From a virus (taxonomy: Duplodnaviria; Heunggongvirae; Uroviricota; Caudoviricetes): a DNA stretch of 38,438 nucleotides. Positions 29,442 through 37,190 of this stretch are shown one piece after another. Position numbers and translations under genes: made by a program. Each line of letters begins with the position of its first letter. Positions within the stretch are counted from its first letter, which is position 1. Below the pieces are notes generated by a model. That model ran no database searches and was not told where the DNA came from. It worked only from the letters and a program-made list of their open reading frames with translations. Location of the stretch: the IMG/VR virus record IMGVR_UViG_2534682287_000008, positions 1 through 38,438 of that record; one strand, 5' to 3'.

Positions 29442-29472
29442 GGCTCTTAAAAATTAAGCCCTGAAGAAGGGC
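29442..29472 (+). promoter_or_regulatory. nutL (boxA GCTCTTA + boxB GCCCTGAAGAAGGGC)
   Basis: Sequence GGCTCTTAAAAATTAAGCCCTGAAGAAGGGC matches lambda nutL. Confidence 0.8.
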
Positions 29473-29582
29473 AGCATTCAAAGCAGAAAGCTTTGAGTAG
29501 CGCGAAATGCAGCTGCAAGACAGCAACCGTGGAGATAAGCATCACGGCGCGTTACTCAAAGCTAACTGACAGGAGAATGACC

Positions 29583-29714
29583 ATGAATAACGAAGCGCTT
29601 AAAGAAATGATTGCGAAACTCCTTGAGGACGCTCGCCGAATTCAAGAAGTGGAGCCAAACGCAGGGACACAATCACGTATTGATGAAGCGATGAAGTTGC
29701 TCAAAGGAGAATAA
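29583..29714 (+). CDS. Small helical hypothetical protein inserted in the N leader
   Basis: 43 aa (MNNEALKEMIAKLLEDARRIQEVEPNAGTQSRIDEAMKLLKGE); AGGAG 7 nt upstream; stop 1 nt before N start. Confidence 0.35.
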   Translation: MNNEALKEMIAKLLEDARRIQEVEPNAGTQSRIDEAMKLLKGE

Positions 29715-29715
29715 A

Positions 29716-30042
29716 ATGGATGCACAAACACGCCGCCGCGAACGTCGCGCAGAGAAACAGGCTCAATGGAAAGCAGCAAATCCCCTGTTGGTTGGGGTAA
29801 GCGCAAAGCCAGTTAACCGCCCTATTCTCTCGCTGAATCGCAAACCGAAATCACGAGTAGAAAGCGCACTGAATCCGATAGACCTTACGGTGCTGGCTGA
29901 ATACCACGAACAGATTGAAAGCAACCTGCAACGTATTGAGCGCAAGAATCAGCGCACATGGTACAGCAAGCCACGCAGTGAAATGGGTGTGACTTGTGTT
30001 GGTCGCCAGAAAATGAAATTAGGCAGCAAGCCACTTATTTGA
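29716..30042 (+). CDS. N: Antiterminator N (lambda-type)
   Basis: MDAQTRRRERRAEKQAQWKAANPLLVGVSAKPVNRPILSLNRKPKSRVESALNP matches lambda N. Confidence 0.9.
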   Translation: MDAQTRRRERRAEKQAQWKAANPLLVGVSAKPVNRPILSLNRKPKSRVESALNPIDLTVLAEYHEQIESNLQRIERKNQRTWYSKPRSEMGVTCVGRQKMKLGSKPLI

Positions 30043-30050
30043 GGTGAGAT

Positions 30051-30521
30051 ATGACAAAATCATGGAGCGTACCTTTTCCTGAATCAGAAACTGAACATGA
30101 TGGAATGCCTGTTTTCTGGAGATTCCAGGCGACAGTTGAAGAAGATGGAATCAAAATATTCGCACTTCAATATATAGCTTTTCATCAGACAGAGCATTAT
30201 GCATGGTTGGTTCCTGCGCATTGGATTGTTAATTTTAAACCAGCACCAAATCAGTGGTTACAGGAATGGAAACAAAAGAGAAATAGATATGCAATTAAGA
30301 AAGTAGCAAAAAATGCAGAAAGATCTTTTGCATTCCCAACGAAGAAACTTGCCATTGAAAGTTTATTGCGCCGGAAGAAATACCATTTAATGAGAATCAA
30401 ACAGGATTTGGCTGTTGTATCAACTCTTGTTGATGGGATGAAGAATATTGATACATCAACACCAGATATTGAATATAACTTTGGGCACAACCAAGAAACA
30501 GAAAATTGGGTATTTTATTAG
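30051..30521 (+). CDS. Hypothetical protein in the ral/sieB slot downstream of N
   Basis: 156 aa, GAGGTGAG Shine-Dalgarno; AT-rich 3' half; no recognisable family. Confidence 0.5.
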   Translation: MTKSWSVPFPESETEHDGMPVFWRFQATVEEDGIKIFALQYIAFHQTEHYAWLVPAHWIVNFKPAPNQWLQEWKQKRNRYAIKKVAKNAERSFAFPTKKLAIESLLRRKKYHLMRIKQDLAVVSTLVDGMKNIDTSTPDIEYNFGHNQETENWVFY

Positions 30522-30625
30522 TACGAGTAAGCACTGTGTATTCATTCCAACGAGTGAATACACGGAGCAATGTCGCTCGTAACTAAACAGGAGCCGACTT
30601 GTTCTGATTATTTGAAATCTTCTTT

Positions 30626-30649
30626 GCCCTCCAGTATGAGGGCTTTTTT
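30626..30649 (+). terminator. Rho-independent terminator downstream of the 156-aa gene
   Basis: GCCCTC-cagtat-GAGGGC followed by TTTTTT. Confidence 0.65.
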
Positions 30650-30715
30650 ATATGCATACCAATAACGCTTCACTCGAGGCGTTTTCGTTATGCAATCAAA
30701 CAGAAGGAGTTACCC

Positions 30716-30850
30716 ATGATGCACTTTCAGCTCGCGGGTAGCGGCGTCATGTCCGCTTTCTACCCGCACGAATCTGAATTATCACGCCGAGTTAAACAAT
30801 TAATCAGTGCAGCAAAGAAACAACTGGAGGCGTTATGCGCAATGAAATAG
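30716..30850 (+). CDS. cIII: CIII-like small protein
   Basis: 44 aa read by hand; HESELSRRVKQLISAAKKQL resembles lambda CIII central helix; AAGGAG Shine-Dalgarno. Confidence 0.5.
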   Translation: MMHFQLAGSGVMSAFYPHESELSRRVKQLISAAKKQLEALCAMK

Positions 30851-30987
30851 CCATCAATCACCAGATGCTTCGTGCAGCACAAAACAAAGCAGTAATAGCC
30901 AGATTTATTGGTGATTCAAAAATGTGGCTTGAAGCAAATAAAGCGATGAAATCAGCTATCAATATTCCGTGGTATCGCAGGAAATGA
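30835..30987 (+). CDS. kil: Kil-like small protein
   Basis: 50 aa read by hand; motif IARFIGDSKMW resembles recalled lambda Kil; overlaps cIII-like stop. Confidence 0.4.
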   Translation: MRNEIAINHQMLRAAQNKAVIARFIGDSKMWLEANKAMKSAINIPWYRRK

Positions 30988-31142
30988 GTTTTACAGATAA
31001 CTGGTCAGACGAAGAATTCATTCGTCAGATGAAAGAATTAATCGGTAACGAAGGAGATATTCATGTCACTTGCAACCACAGTGAAGGAGAGCAAGTTACA
31101 GAGACGCATGTACACGCAGAAAGCTCTCTGGTATCGCCATAA
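30984..31142 (+). CDS. Small hypothetical protein upstream of erf (Arf-like by position)
   Basis: 52 aa read by hand; ATGA overlap with preceding ORF. Confidence 0.3.
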   Translation: MSFTDNWSDEEFIRQMKELIGNEGDIHVTCNHSEGEQVTETHVHAESSLVSP

Positions 31143-31243
31143 TGGCGACCGCGAAGGAATGCGGGTATGCCTTAATTTGTCCCGAGTCGAAGTATTAAAT
31201 CAGCGTTATTTCCTTGGGCCATGCCCATTCTGAGAACAAACAT

Positions 31244-31849
31244 ATGAGCAAAGAATTTTACGCAAGACTGGCAGCTATTCAGGAGAACTTGAACGCGCCA
31301 AAGAACCAGTACAACTCATTCGGTAAATATAAATACAGAAGCTGCGAAGACATTCTTGAAGGCGTTAAGCCGTTACTGAATGGTCTGTTTTTATCAATCA
31401 GCGATGAAGTTGTGTTGATTGGTGATCGGTATTACGTGAAAGCCACGGCAACTATTACCGATGGCGAAAACAGTCATACGGCAACCGCTCTTGCACGAGA
31501 GGAAGAAAGCAAGAAAGGAATGGATTCTGCACAAGTTACGGGAGCCACAAGCTCTTATGCACGCAAGTATTGCCTCAATGGTTTGTTCGGCATTGATGAT
31601 GCGAAAGATGCAGATACCGACGAGCATAAACATCAGCAGAACGCAGCAGCAAAGCAATCAAAACCATCACCTACACCTGAACAGGTTCTAAAAGCATTCA
31701 CTGACGCAGCATTGCAGAAAAACACCGTGGAAGAGCTTAAACAGGCGTTCGCCAAAGCGTGGAAGATGCTCGAAGGCACACCGGAGCAGCACAAAGCGCA
31801 GGACATTTACAACATCAGACGAGACGAATTAGAAGGAGCGGCTGCTTAA
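31244..31849 (+). CDS. erf: Erf-family single-strand annealing recombinase
   Basis: MSKEFYARLAAIQENLNAPKNQYNSFGKYKYRSCEDILEGVKPLL matches P22 Erf N-terminus. Confidence 0.8.
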   Translation: MSKEFYARLAAIQENLNAPKNQYNSFGKYKYRSCEDILEGVKPLLNGLFLSISDEVVLIGDRYYVKATATITDGENSHTATALAREEESKKGMDSAQVTGATSSYARKYCLNGLFGIDDAKDADTDEHKHQQNAAAKQSKPSPTPEQVLKAFTDAALQKNTVEELKQAFAKAWKMLEGTPEQHKAQDIYNIRRDELEGAAA

Positions 31850-32232
31850 TGGCACATTCGATTACTGTAAGACTAAACAAGCCCGCAAGAGAGTTTCAGG
31901 CCGGGGAAAATATCGGATTCAACATCCGTGCTGGCGTTCAGTATTACGATCGCCAGACAAAAAAGAAAGAATGGACAAACTACAGCGCCGTTGTATTTGC
32001 CAAGCCGGGAGCGCAAGCGGATTACTACCGTAGTGTTCTTGTTGAAGGTGGCATTGTGGAAATTACCGGAGAAAACATCAGGGTTGATGTTTATCAGGGG
32101 CAAAATGGACAATCAATCACTCTTGAATTACTGAATGCAAAGATTGGATTTGCAACTTCAGGAAACAGCCAACAGCAGCAAAGTAGCAATCATCAAAATC
32201 ATCCTGAATACGACGATTCAATTCCCTTCTAA
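31849..32232 (+). CDS. SSB-like OB-fold protein with acidic C-terminal tip
   Basis: 127 aa; C-terminus EYDDSIPF resembles SSB DDDIPF tail; TAATG overlap with erf. Confidence 0.55.
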   Translation: MAHSITVRLNKPAREFQAGENIGFNIRAGVQYYDRQTKKKEWTNYSAVVFAKPGAQADYYRSVLVEGGIVEITGENIRVDVYQGQNGQSITLELLNAKIGFATSGNSQQQQSSNHQNHPEYDDSIPF

Positions 32233-32255
32233 AGTAGCAACATAAGGATTCCATT

Positions 32256-32549
32256 ATGCCAGCGCCTCTGTATGGTGCGGATGACCCACGCCGCTGTTCC
32301 GGCAATTCCGTATCGGAGGTGCTGGATAAATTCAGAAAAAACTACGATCGGATAATGTCGCTACCGCAGGAAACGAAAGAGGAAAAGGAATTTCGCCACT
32401 GTATATGGCTTGCAGAGAAAGAAGAACTCGAGCGAATTTACCAGACATCAATCCGACCATTCCGCAAAGCCACATATACCCACTTCCCTGAAATTGACCC
32501 GCGCCTGCGTAATTACCGCTCACGCTATGGCGCTATCAGTAATGACTGA
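32256..32549 (+). CDS. Hypothetical protein (Abc2-like by size and position only)
   Basis: 97 aa downstream of erf; AAGGA Shine-Dalgarno. Confidence 0.4.
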   Translation: MPAPLYGADDPRRCSGNSVSEVLDKFRKNYDRIMSLPQETKEEKEFRHCIWLAEKEELERIYQTSIRPFRKATYTHFPEIDPRLRNYRSRYGAISND

Positions 32550-32559
32550 GGAATTTACC

Positions 32560-32724
32560 ATGAGAGGACTTGCATACAATCCCAGCATTCTTCCAGCAGA
32601 AATGATTATTCGCCAACGCGTAAAGCCAATGCCATCGAGAGAGGAATTGCTTAAGAGAAATTCTTTTCCATCAGTGAATCAAAACAAATATCTGAATGCG
32701 ATGTGGCGGAGTGGGAAGAAATGA
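32560..32724 (+). CDS. Small hypothetical protein
   Basis: 54 aa; GAGGAA Shine-Dalgarno; stop overlaps next start. Confidence 0.3.
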   Translation: MRGLAYNPSILPAEMIIRQRVKPMPSREELLKRNSFPSVNQNKYLNAMWRSGKK

Positions 32725-33296
32725 AGCAAATGACACTAATTGAGATGGATGGATTTCTGAAAGGTAAATGCATCCCACGAGATTTAAAGGTTAACGAAAC
32801 AAACGCTGAATATCTGGTGCGTAAATTTGCTGAAGCGGAGGCCAAGATTTCAGCTCTATCCGAAGACCACCAGAAAGCGATTGAGTCAATTAAGCAGGCT
32901 GATGCGGCTGTTAAGTTGGCACACGAGAAGTTTTCGGCGCTGGCGGCGGAGAATGCGGGGATGAAGTCGGTCATTGAATACTGCATTAATCCCGACAATC
33001 AGCCTGAATACCATGACCAGGGCATGGGATGTGGAGTTGAAGACCACGGCTACCAGCGCGACGGCTATTCGGCTTGTTACTACGGATGGGAGTCGGCAAT
33101 GGATCGCGTCTACTCAGAGGTTATTCCAGACGCCATTCCAGAAACCCCAGCCACCGACACTTTCCTGGATGAAGTGCGGGCGCAGGGCGTGGAGATGTTT
33201 GCTGCCAGCATGAAGGTTGTTGGCGGTCATGAGCACCCATATTCAGCGATGGCTAACGAGTTCGCCGCCCAGCTTCGCAAAGGAGGCGGCCAGTGA
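32721..33296 (+). CDS. Hypothetical protein
   Basis: About 191 aa from ATG at 32721; N-terminal coiled coil, Cys/His-containing C-terminal half. Confidence 0.5.
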   Translation: MKQMTLIEMDGFLKGKCIPRDLKVNETNAEYLVRKFAEAEAKISALSEDHQKAIESIKQADAAVKLAHEKFSALAAENAGMKSVIEYCINPDNQPEYHDQGMGCGVEDHGYQRDGYSACYYGWESAMDRVYSEVIPDAIPETPATDTFLDEVRAQGVEMFAASMKVVGGHEHPYSAMANEFAAQLRKGGGQ

Positions 33297-33922
33297 GCGA
33301 AATTAACTATCAGGCACTGCGTGAGGCGGCGGAACGTGCAATTCCAGCAATGGAACGCCTGTTAATGTTGCCAGCTGATGATTTGTTAAGTGAACAGGAA
33401 CTTAAAGATTACGGTGTGGATATTGATGCGCTCAACGCCTTCAAATTTCTGGCCGGACCAGAAACCGTGCTGGCACTACTGGATGAACGGGTAAGGAATC
33501 AGCAATACATCAAATCCCGCGACCAGGAGAACGAGGATATTGCGCTAACGGTAGGGAAGCTGCTAATCGAAAACGGCCGGCTTGTTGCCGATACGCTACG
33601 CCACTTAGCTGATAACGAAATCGACTCTGATTATTTTGCTATCACCTCAACGAATGAGAACGGTACTGAAATTGATCATGAGATGGCTATTACCGATTAC
33701 GCACTGCAAGCTGCCGGAACTGTAGACGAATTGGTTGCGGCGCTGGAATCCGCAGAGAATCGCATAGCAGAACTGGGGGAGCGGGGAATACTGCTCCCGG
33801 AACGTAGCAGCATGCTTCATCGAACAGATTTTCACGATGATTACCAAACGGTAATGGCATACAAAGTTTCTGAGGTCATCGCTGCAATCCGCGCCGCTGG
33901 CATTCGCATCAAAGGAGAGTGA
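33293..33922 (+). CDS. Hypothetical acidic protein, GTG start
   Basis: 209 aa; AAAGGAGG 6 nt upstream of GTG; GTGA overlap with upstream stop. Confidence 0.5.
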   Translation: MSEINYQALREAAERAIPAMERLLMLPADDLLSEQELKDYGVDIDALNAFKFLAGPETVLALLDERVRNQQYIKSRDQENEDIALTVGKLLIENGRLVADTLRHLADNEIDSDYFAITSTNENGTEIDHEMAITDYALQAAGTVDELVAALESAENRIAELGERGILLPERSSMLHRTDFHDDYQTVMAYKVSEVIAAIRAAGIRIKGE

Positions 33923-33923
33923 G

Positions 33924-34115
33924 ATGGACGGACAAATATCAATTGTTCGACCAGGAGCATGTGACGATCGCGAGATACGACTGATTATTCGTCTGGCGAT
34001 GGGGAAAACAATAACTGCTCTCATTACTCCAGAAAATCTCGCATTAGCGTTAACAGGAAAGTCAGACCTGCCAGTAGAGCTAAAGCTGCGAAATATTGAG
34101 ATTAAGGTGAAATAG
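33924..34115 (+). CDS. Small hypothetical protein
   Basis: 63 aa; AAAGGAGAG Shine-Dalgarno. Confidence 0.4.
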   Translation: MDGQISIVRPGACDDREIRLIIRLAMGKTITALITPENLALALTGKSDLPVELKLRNIEIKVK

Positions 34116-34117
34116 CT

Positions 34118-35062
34118 ATGACCACTATTACCAAAGAACGTATTGAATTGTTCATTAAAAATCCGCTTGAAAACGGGCTTACTCGTGGCGAACAAATGGA
34201 ACTGGCACGAATTGCGCTGGCATCGCTGGAAGCAGAGCCTGTGGCGTATATCATTCAGGACTCTGACGCTCGTAGTCGTGGAGAGAAAGGCATCCTTCGC
34301 TATTTCGCAAATATCAGCGACGAGGATATAAACGAGTACGAAATTACCGTAACTCCGCTTTACGCCGCCCCTCCAGAGACGGTATCTGTGCCTGATGCGA
34401 TGGAAATGGATGATGACTTTGACAGCGCGTTTGAACACGGAAAAGCTGTCGGCTGGAACGCCTATCGCGCAGCCATGCTTCAGTCCGGAAACTTTCGGGA
34501 AAACAAGAATTCGTCAACCAATAATTTTCGTGAAATCGCGGAAACGTCAACCAACTATCCGGTAATTCCTAGTGAGGTGTTGTCCGCAATCCAGAAGGTT
34601 GCCAAGATTCGTGCCGATTTCGATGATTTTGACGGTGACAGGCGAGGTATCGGTGATTGTCTGGATGAGGCTGAGCAAGAGCTTATCGTTACCATTAACA
34701 AATATGCCAGTCAGTTGGCAGCAGAACCTATCGCGCCTAATGACGTTCGAGAGCAGACAGCCATTCCGCAAGTTCCGGTAACTCCGGATGGTTGGATAAG
34801 CTGTAGTGAGAGAATGCCTGTAATCGGCGAGCTAAATTGGAGAACTAGTTTTCCTTTGCTGATTACGTGTGAGATCGGCGTTATACCAGCTTATTACGGC
34901 TTTGTGAGCGTTAATGGGAATAAGCATTATGGTTTTATGGAGAGTCTTAAATACGGAGACGATAACGGCAACCATCCTCAAACTAATGAATATGGTCTGA
35001 TTAGCAATGTCACACACTGGATGCCACTACCAGAACCGCCGCAGGAGGTTAACCGTGGCTAA
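34118..35062 (+). CDS. Hypothetical protein with DUF551-like C-terminal domain
   Basis: 314 aa; C-terminal W/C-containing region typical of phage DUF551 proteins (recalled). Confidence 0.5.
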   Translation: MTTITKERIELFIKNPLENGLTRGEQMELARIALASLEAEPVAYIIQDSDARSRGEKGILRYFANISDEDINEYEITVTPLYAAPPETVSVPDAMEMDDDFDSAFEHGKAVGWNAYRAAMLQSGNFRENKNSSTNNFREIAETSTNYPVIPSEVLSAIQKVAKIRADFDDFDGDRRGIGDCLDEAEQELIVTINKYASQLAAEPIAPNDVREQTAIPQVPVTPDGWISCSERMPVIGELNWRTSFPLLITCEIGVIPAYYGFVSVNGNKHYGFMESLKYGDDNGNHPQTNEYGLISNVTHWMPLPEPPQEVNRG

Positions 35063-35094
35063 CCTACAACTTGCCGTCAAAGGTGAATAACAAT

Positions 35095-35119
35095 CCTCGC
35101 ACTCGCGGGGATTTCTTTT
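35095..35119 (+). terminator. Rho-independent terminator upstream of the 266-aa gene
   Basis: CCTCGC-actc-GCGGGG followed by ATTTCTTTTA. Confidence 0.55.
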
Positions 35120-35132
35120 ATATGGGAATAAT

Positions 35133-35933
35133 ATGACCATCCACTTTCACGGCAGCCCAATATGGGGGGATGAGCATGCCCCTACAGATATGCTGATTAA
35201 AGCCCTTTACCGTGATGGTGGGGCTTTTGTTTCATTTGCCAGACCAGAGCAGATGAAAAAGATTGCCATGTTCCCTTGTGATATACGCCTTGATAACGGC
35301 GCTTTTAGCGACTGGATGAAAGCATTAAAGAAAGGCACTCCGGTAGACTGGAGTAAGAGACGAGCAAAATTCTACGACTTTGTTGGGAAGTGGTTCAGCA
35401 GAATTGAATGGTTTCTTATACCTGACGTTATCGAAGGGACAGAGGCAGAAAACGACGAGCAGATTGAGTTGGTTCCTGATTGGCTAAAATCAAAAGCGGT
35501 TCCGGTCTGGCATACCGACGAATCAATTGAACGTCTTTTACGCCTTTCTAGCAAATTTGAATGGGTGGCGATTGGATGCTGCGGACCACACAGGCACATA
35601 CGCTCTAAATGGTGGGAACAGAGAATGGATGAAGTTTTCACTGAGCTTTATATCAATCGTAATTTGAAAGTGAAAATTCATGGTCTTCGAATGCTCGACG
35701 TGAGAGTTCTTGGTATGTATCCGTTCGCCAGTGCGGATTCTACTAATGTTGCTGTTAACGTACCGAAGACAGAGAAGCGATTTCCTGAGATTACCGACAA
35801 ACTGGCACGCACAGCTGTACTTCGCGCTGCTATTGAAAAGGTGCACCCGCCATCGATATCAGCATGGGTAGACAGAAAGATGAGAGAGCCGGCGCAAGCC
35901 GGTTTTTTATTTGAATTCACCGACGCCGCTTAA
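35133..35933 (+). CDS. Hypothetical protein; candidate TGT-fold (DpdA-like) enzyme
   Basis: 266 aa; in-order motifs LDNGAFS, VAIGCCG, HGLRMLD, ADSTN reminiscent of tRNA-guanine transglycosylase family; flanked by terminators. Confidence 0.5.
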   Translation: MTIHFHGSPIWGDEHAPTDMLIKALYRDGGAFVSFARPEQMKKIAMFPCDIRLDNGAFSDWMKALKKGTPVDWSKRRAKFYDFVGKWFSRIEWFLIPDVIEGTEAENDEQIELVPDWLKSKAVPVWHTDESIERLLRLSSKFEWVAIGCCGPHRHIRSKWWEQRMDEVFTELYINRNLKVKIHGLRMLDVRVLGMYPFASADSTNVAVNVPKTEKRFPEITDKLARTAVLRAAIEKVHPPSISAWVDRKMREPAQAGFLFEFTDAA

Positions 35934-35978
35934 TGCGGATTTCTTTTATCTGAACTCGCTACGGCGAGTTTTGTTTTA
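35926..35978 (+). terminator. Tandem terminator hairpins after the 266-aa gene
   Basis: CCGC-ttaat-GCGG + ATTTCTTTT and AACTCGC-tacg-GCGAGTT + TTGTTTTA. Confidence 0.6.
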
Positions 35979-35990
35979 TGGAGACAAGAA

Positions 35991-36335
35991 ATGTCAGATT
36001 TGGCTATGAAGGTTTTGAAGTGGCAATCGACTGGCGATGTCGGCATCAGTAGCGCAACTCTTGCCTCAATCGCATGTGGACTGAAAAAGAATATCTATGG
36101 TCATCACTTCGGCGCTCCCCATGACGCAGCCGATTTCAGGCGATGCGTTGCGCTTGTCGAGCAGATTCCAGAAATCAGAGATTCATTCGACAAGGTTGCA
36201 AAGCGCGTTCCGGCATTCAAAGGAATCCTCAACGAATGGGATTCCCTAGTTGCTCTGTTGAAGTCTGAAATGAAGATACACGGAAACAAAGCACCAGAGA
36301 CTTACAGAAGAATTAGCGAGTTACGCAAGGACTAA
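35991..36335 (+). CDS. Hypothetical protein
   Basis: 114 aa; GGAGACAAG Shine-Dalgarno; followed by terminator. Confidence 0.5.
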   Translation: MSDLAMKVLKWQSTGDVGISSATLASIACGLKKNIYGHHFGAPHDAADFRRCVALVEQIPEIRDSFDKVAKRVPAFKGILNEWDSLVALLKSEMKIHGNKAPETYRRISELRKD

Positions 36336-36394
36336 CCACAGCCTCACACTCGATGAGGCCAGTTCATTTCTCAAGATATCCAGACCTACCATCG

Positions 36395-36416
36395 CCGCAT
36401 CAATGCGGTTTTTTTA
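36395..36416 (+). terminator. Rho-independent terminator
   Basis: CCGCA-tcaa-TGCGG followed by TTTTTTTATT. Confidence 0.6.
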
Positions 36417-36425
36417 TTGCCTGAT

Positions 36426-36441
36426 TTGCAGGTTCGATTCC
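36426..36441 (+). other. tRNA T-arm-like fragment (TTGCAGGTTCGATTCC)
   Basis: Canonical GGTTCGAtTCC T-loop signature, but no acceptor 3' strand follows. Confidence 0.5.
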
Positions 36442-36460
36442 CTATTCGGAGATAGCACTC

Positions 36461-36661
36461 ATGCAACACGAACTACAGCCTGATTCACTGGTTGATTTGA
36501 AATTCATCATGGCCGATACTGGCTTCGGTAAAACCTTCATCTACGACCGGATTAAGTCCGGCGACCTGCCAAAAGCCAAAGTTATCCACGGACGAGCAAG
36601 ATGGTTATATCGTGACCATTGTGAATTCAAAAATAAGCTCTTAAGCCGCGCTAATGGGTAA
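36461..36661 (+). CDS. AlpA/Xis-family excisionase-like DNA-binding protein
   Basis: 66 aa; LVDLKFIMADTGFGKTFIYDRIKSGDLPKAKVIHGRARWLYRD fits AlpA-family winged helix. Confidence 0.7.
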   Translation: MQHELQPDSLVDLKFIMADTGFGKTFIYDRIKSGDLPKAKVIHGRARWLYRDHCEFKNKLLSRANG

Positions 36662-36734
36662 AATAGCGGGTAAAATATTTCTCACATCTAAAAAATATCA
36701 TTCTAATCAATCCCCTGCCGCGCCAAGTAGATGT

Positions 36735-36749
36735 CTGCAGGGGACACCA
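36735..36749 (+). other. tRNA-Arg-like 3' end (CTGCAGGGGACACCA); probable attR core
   Basis: Matches recalled 3' end of argW-type tRNA; flanked by inverted repeat CCCCTGC...GCAGGGG. Confidence 0.5.
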
Positions 36750-37190
36750 GATACCCTTCAAACGAAATCTACCTTCACCCCGTAAAAGATGGGTTTGGCA
36801 GCACACTTGCCTTATATCTACTCATTTTTACTGCAACAGGTTGAAATCTCAGCACTGTCAGAAAGCGCTGATGACTAAACAGCCCTGGGCCGGGCGATGT
36901 AACCATCACACAGAATCCTGATAGCGAAATATGGCGTGACTCGATACTTCACTCCGCAATGCATTCCTTGATGAATTCGCAGGACCGTGATACACGGGAC
37001 AGGTCACTGAATGACGACAATGTCCTGGAAATCAGCGAACCGCGCATCTGAAGTACATTTGAGCGACTGTACCAGAACATGAATGAGGCGTTTGGATTAG
37101 GCGATTATTAGCAGGGCTAAGCATTTTACTATTATTATTTTCCGGTTGAGGGATATAGAGCTATCGACAACAACCGGAAAAAGTTTACGT

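Larger units (their letters stand above)
1..36749. mobile_element. P22-like lambdoid prophage; left boundary (attL) lies outside the window, right boundary near the tRNA-like 3' end at 36735-36749
   Basis: Contiguous phage gene set from integrase to excisionase-like gene; tRNA 3'-end-like sequence then host permease gene. Confidence 0.85.
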
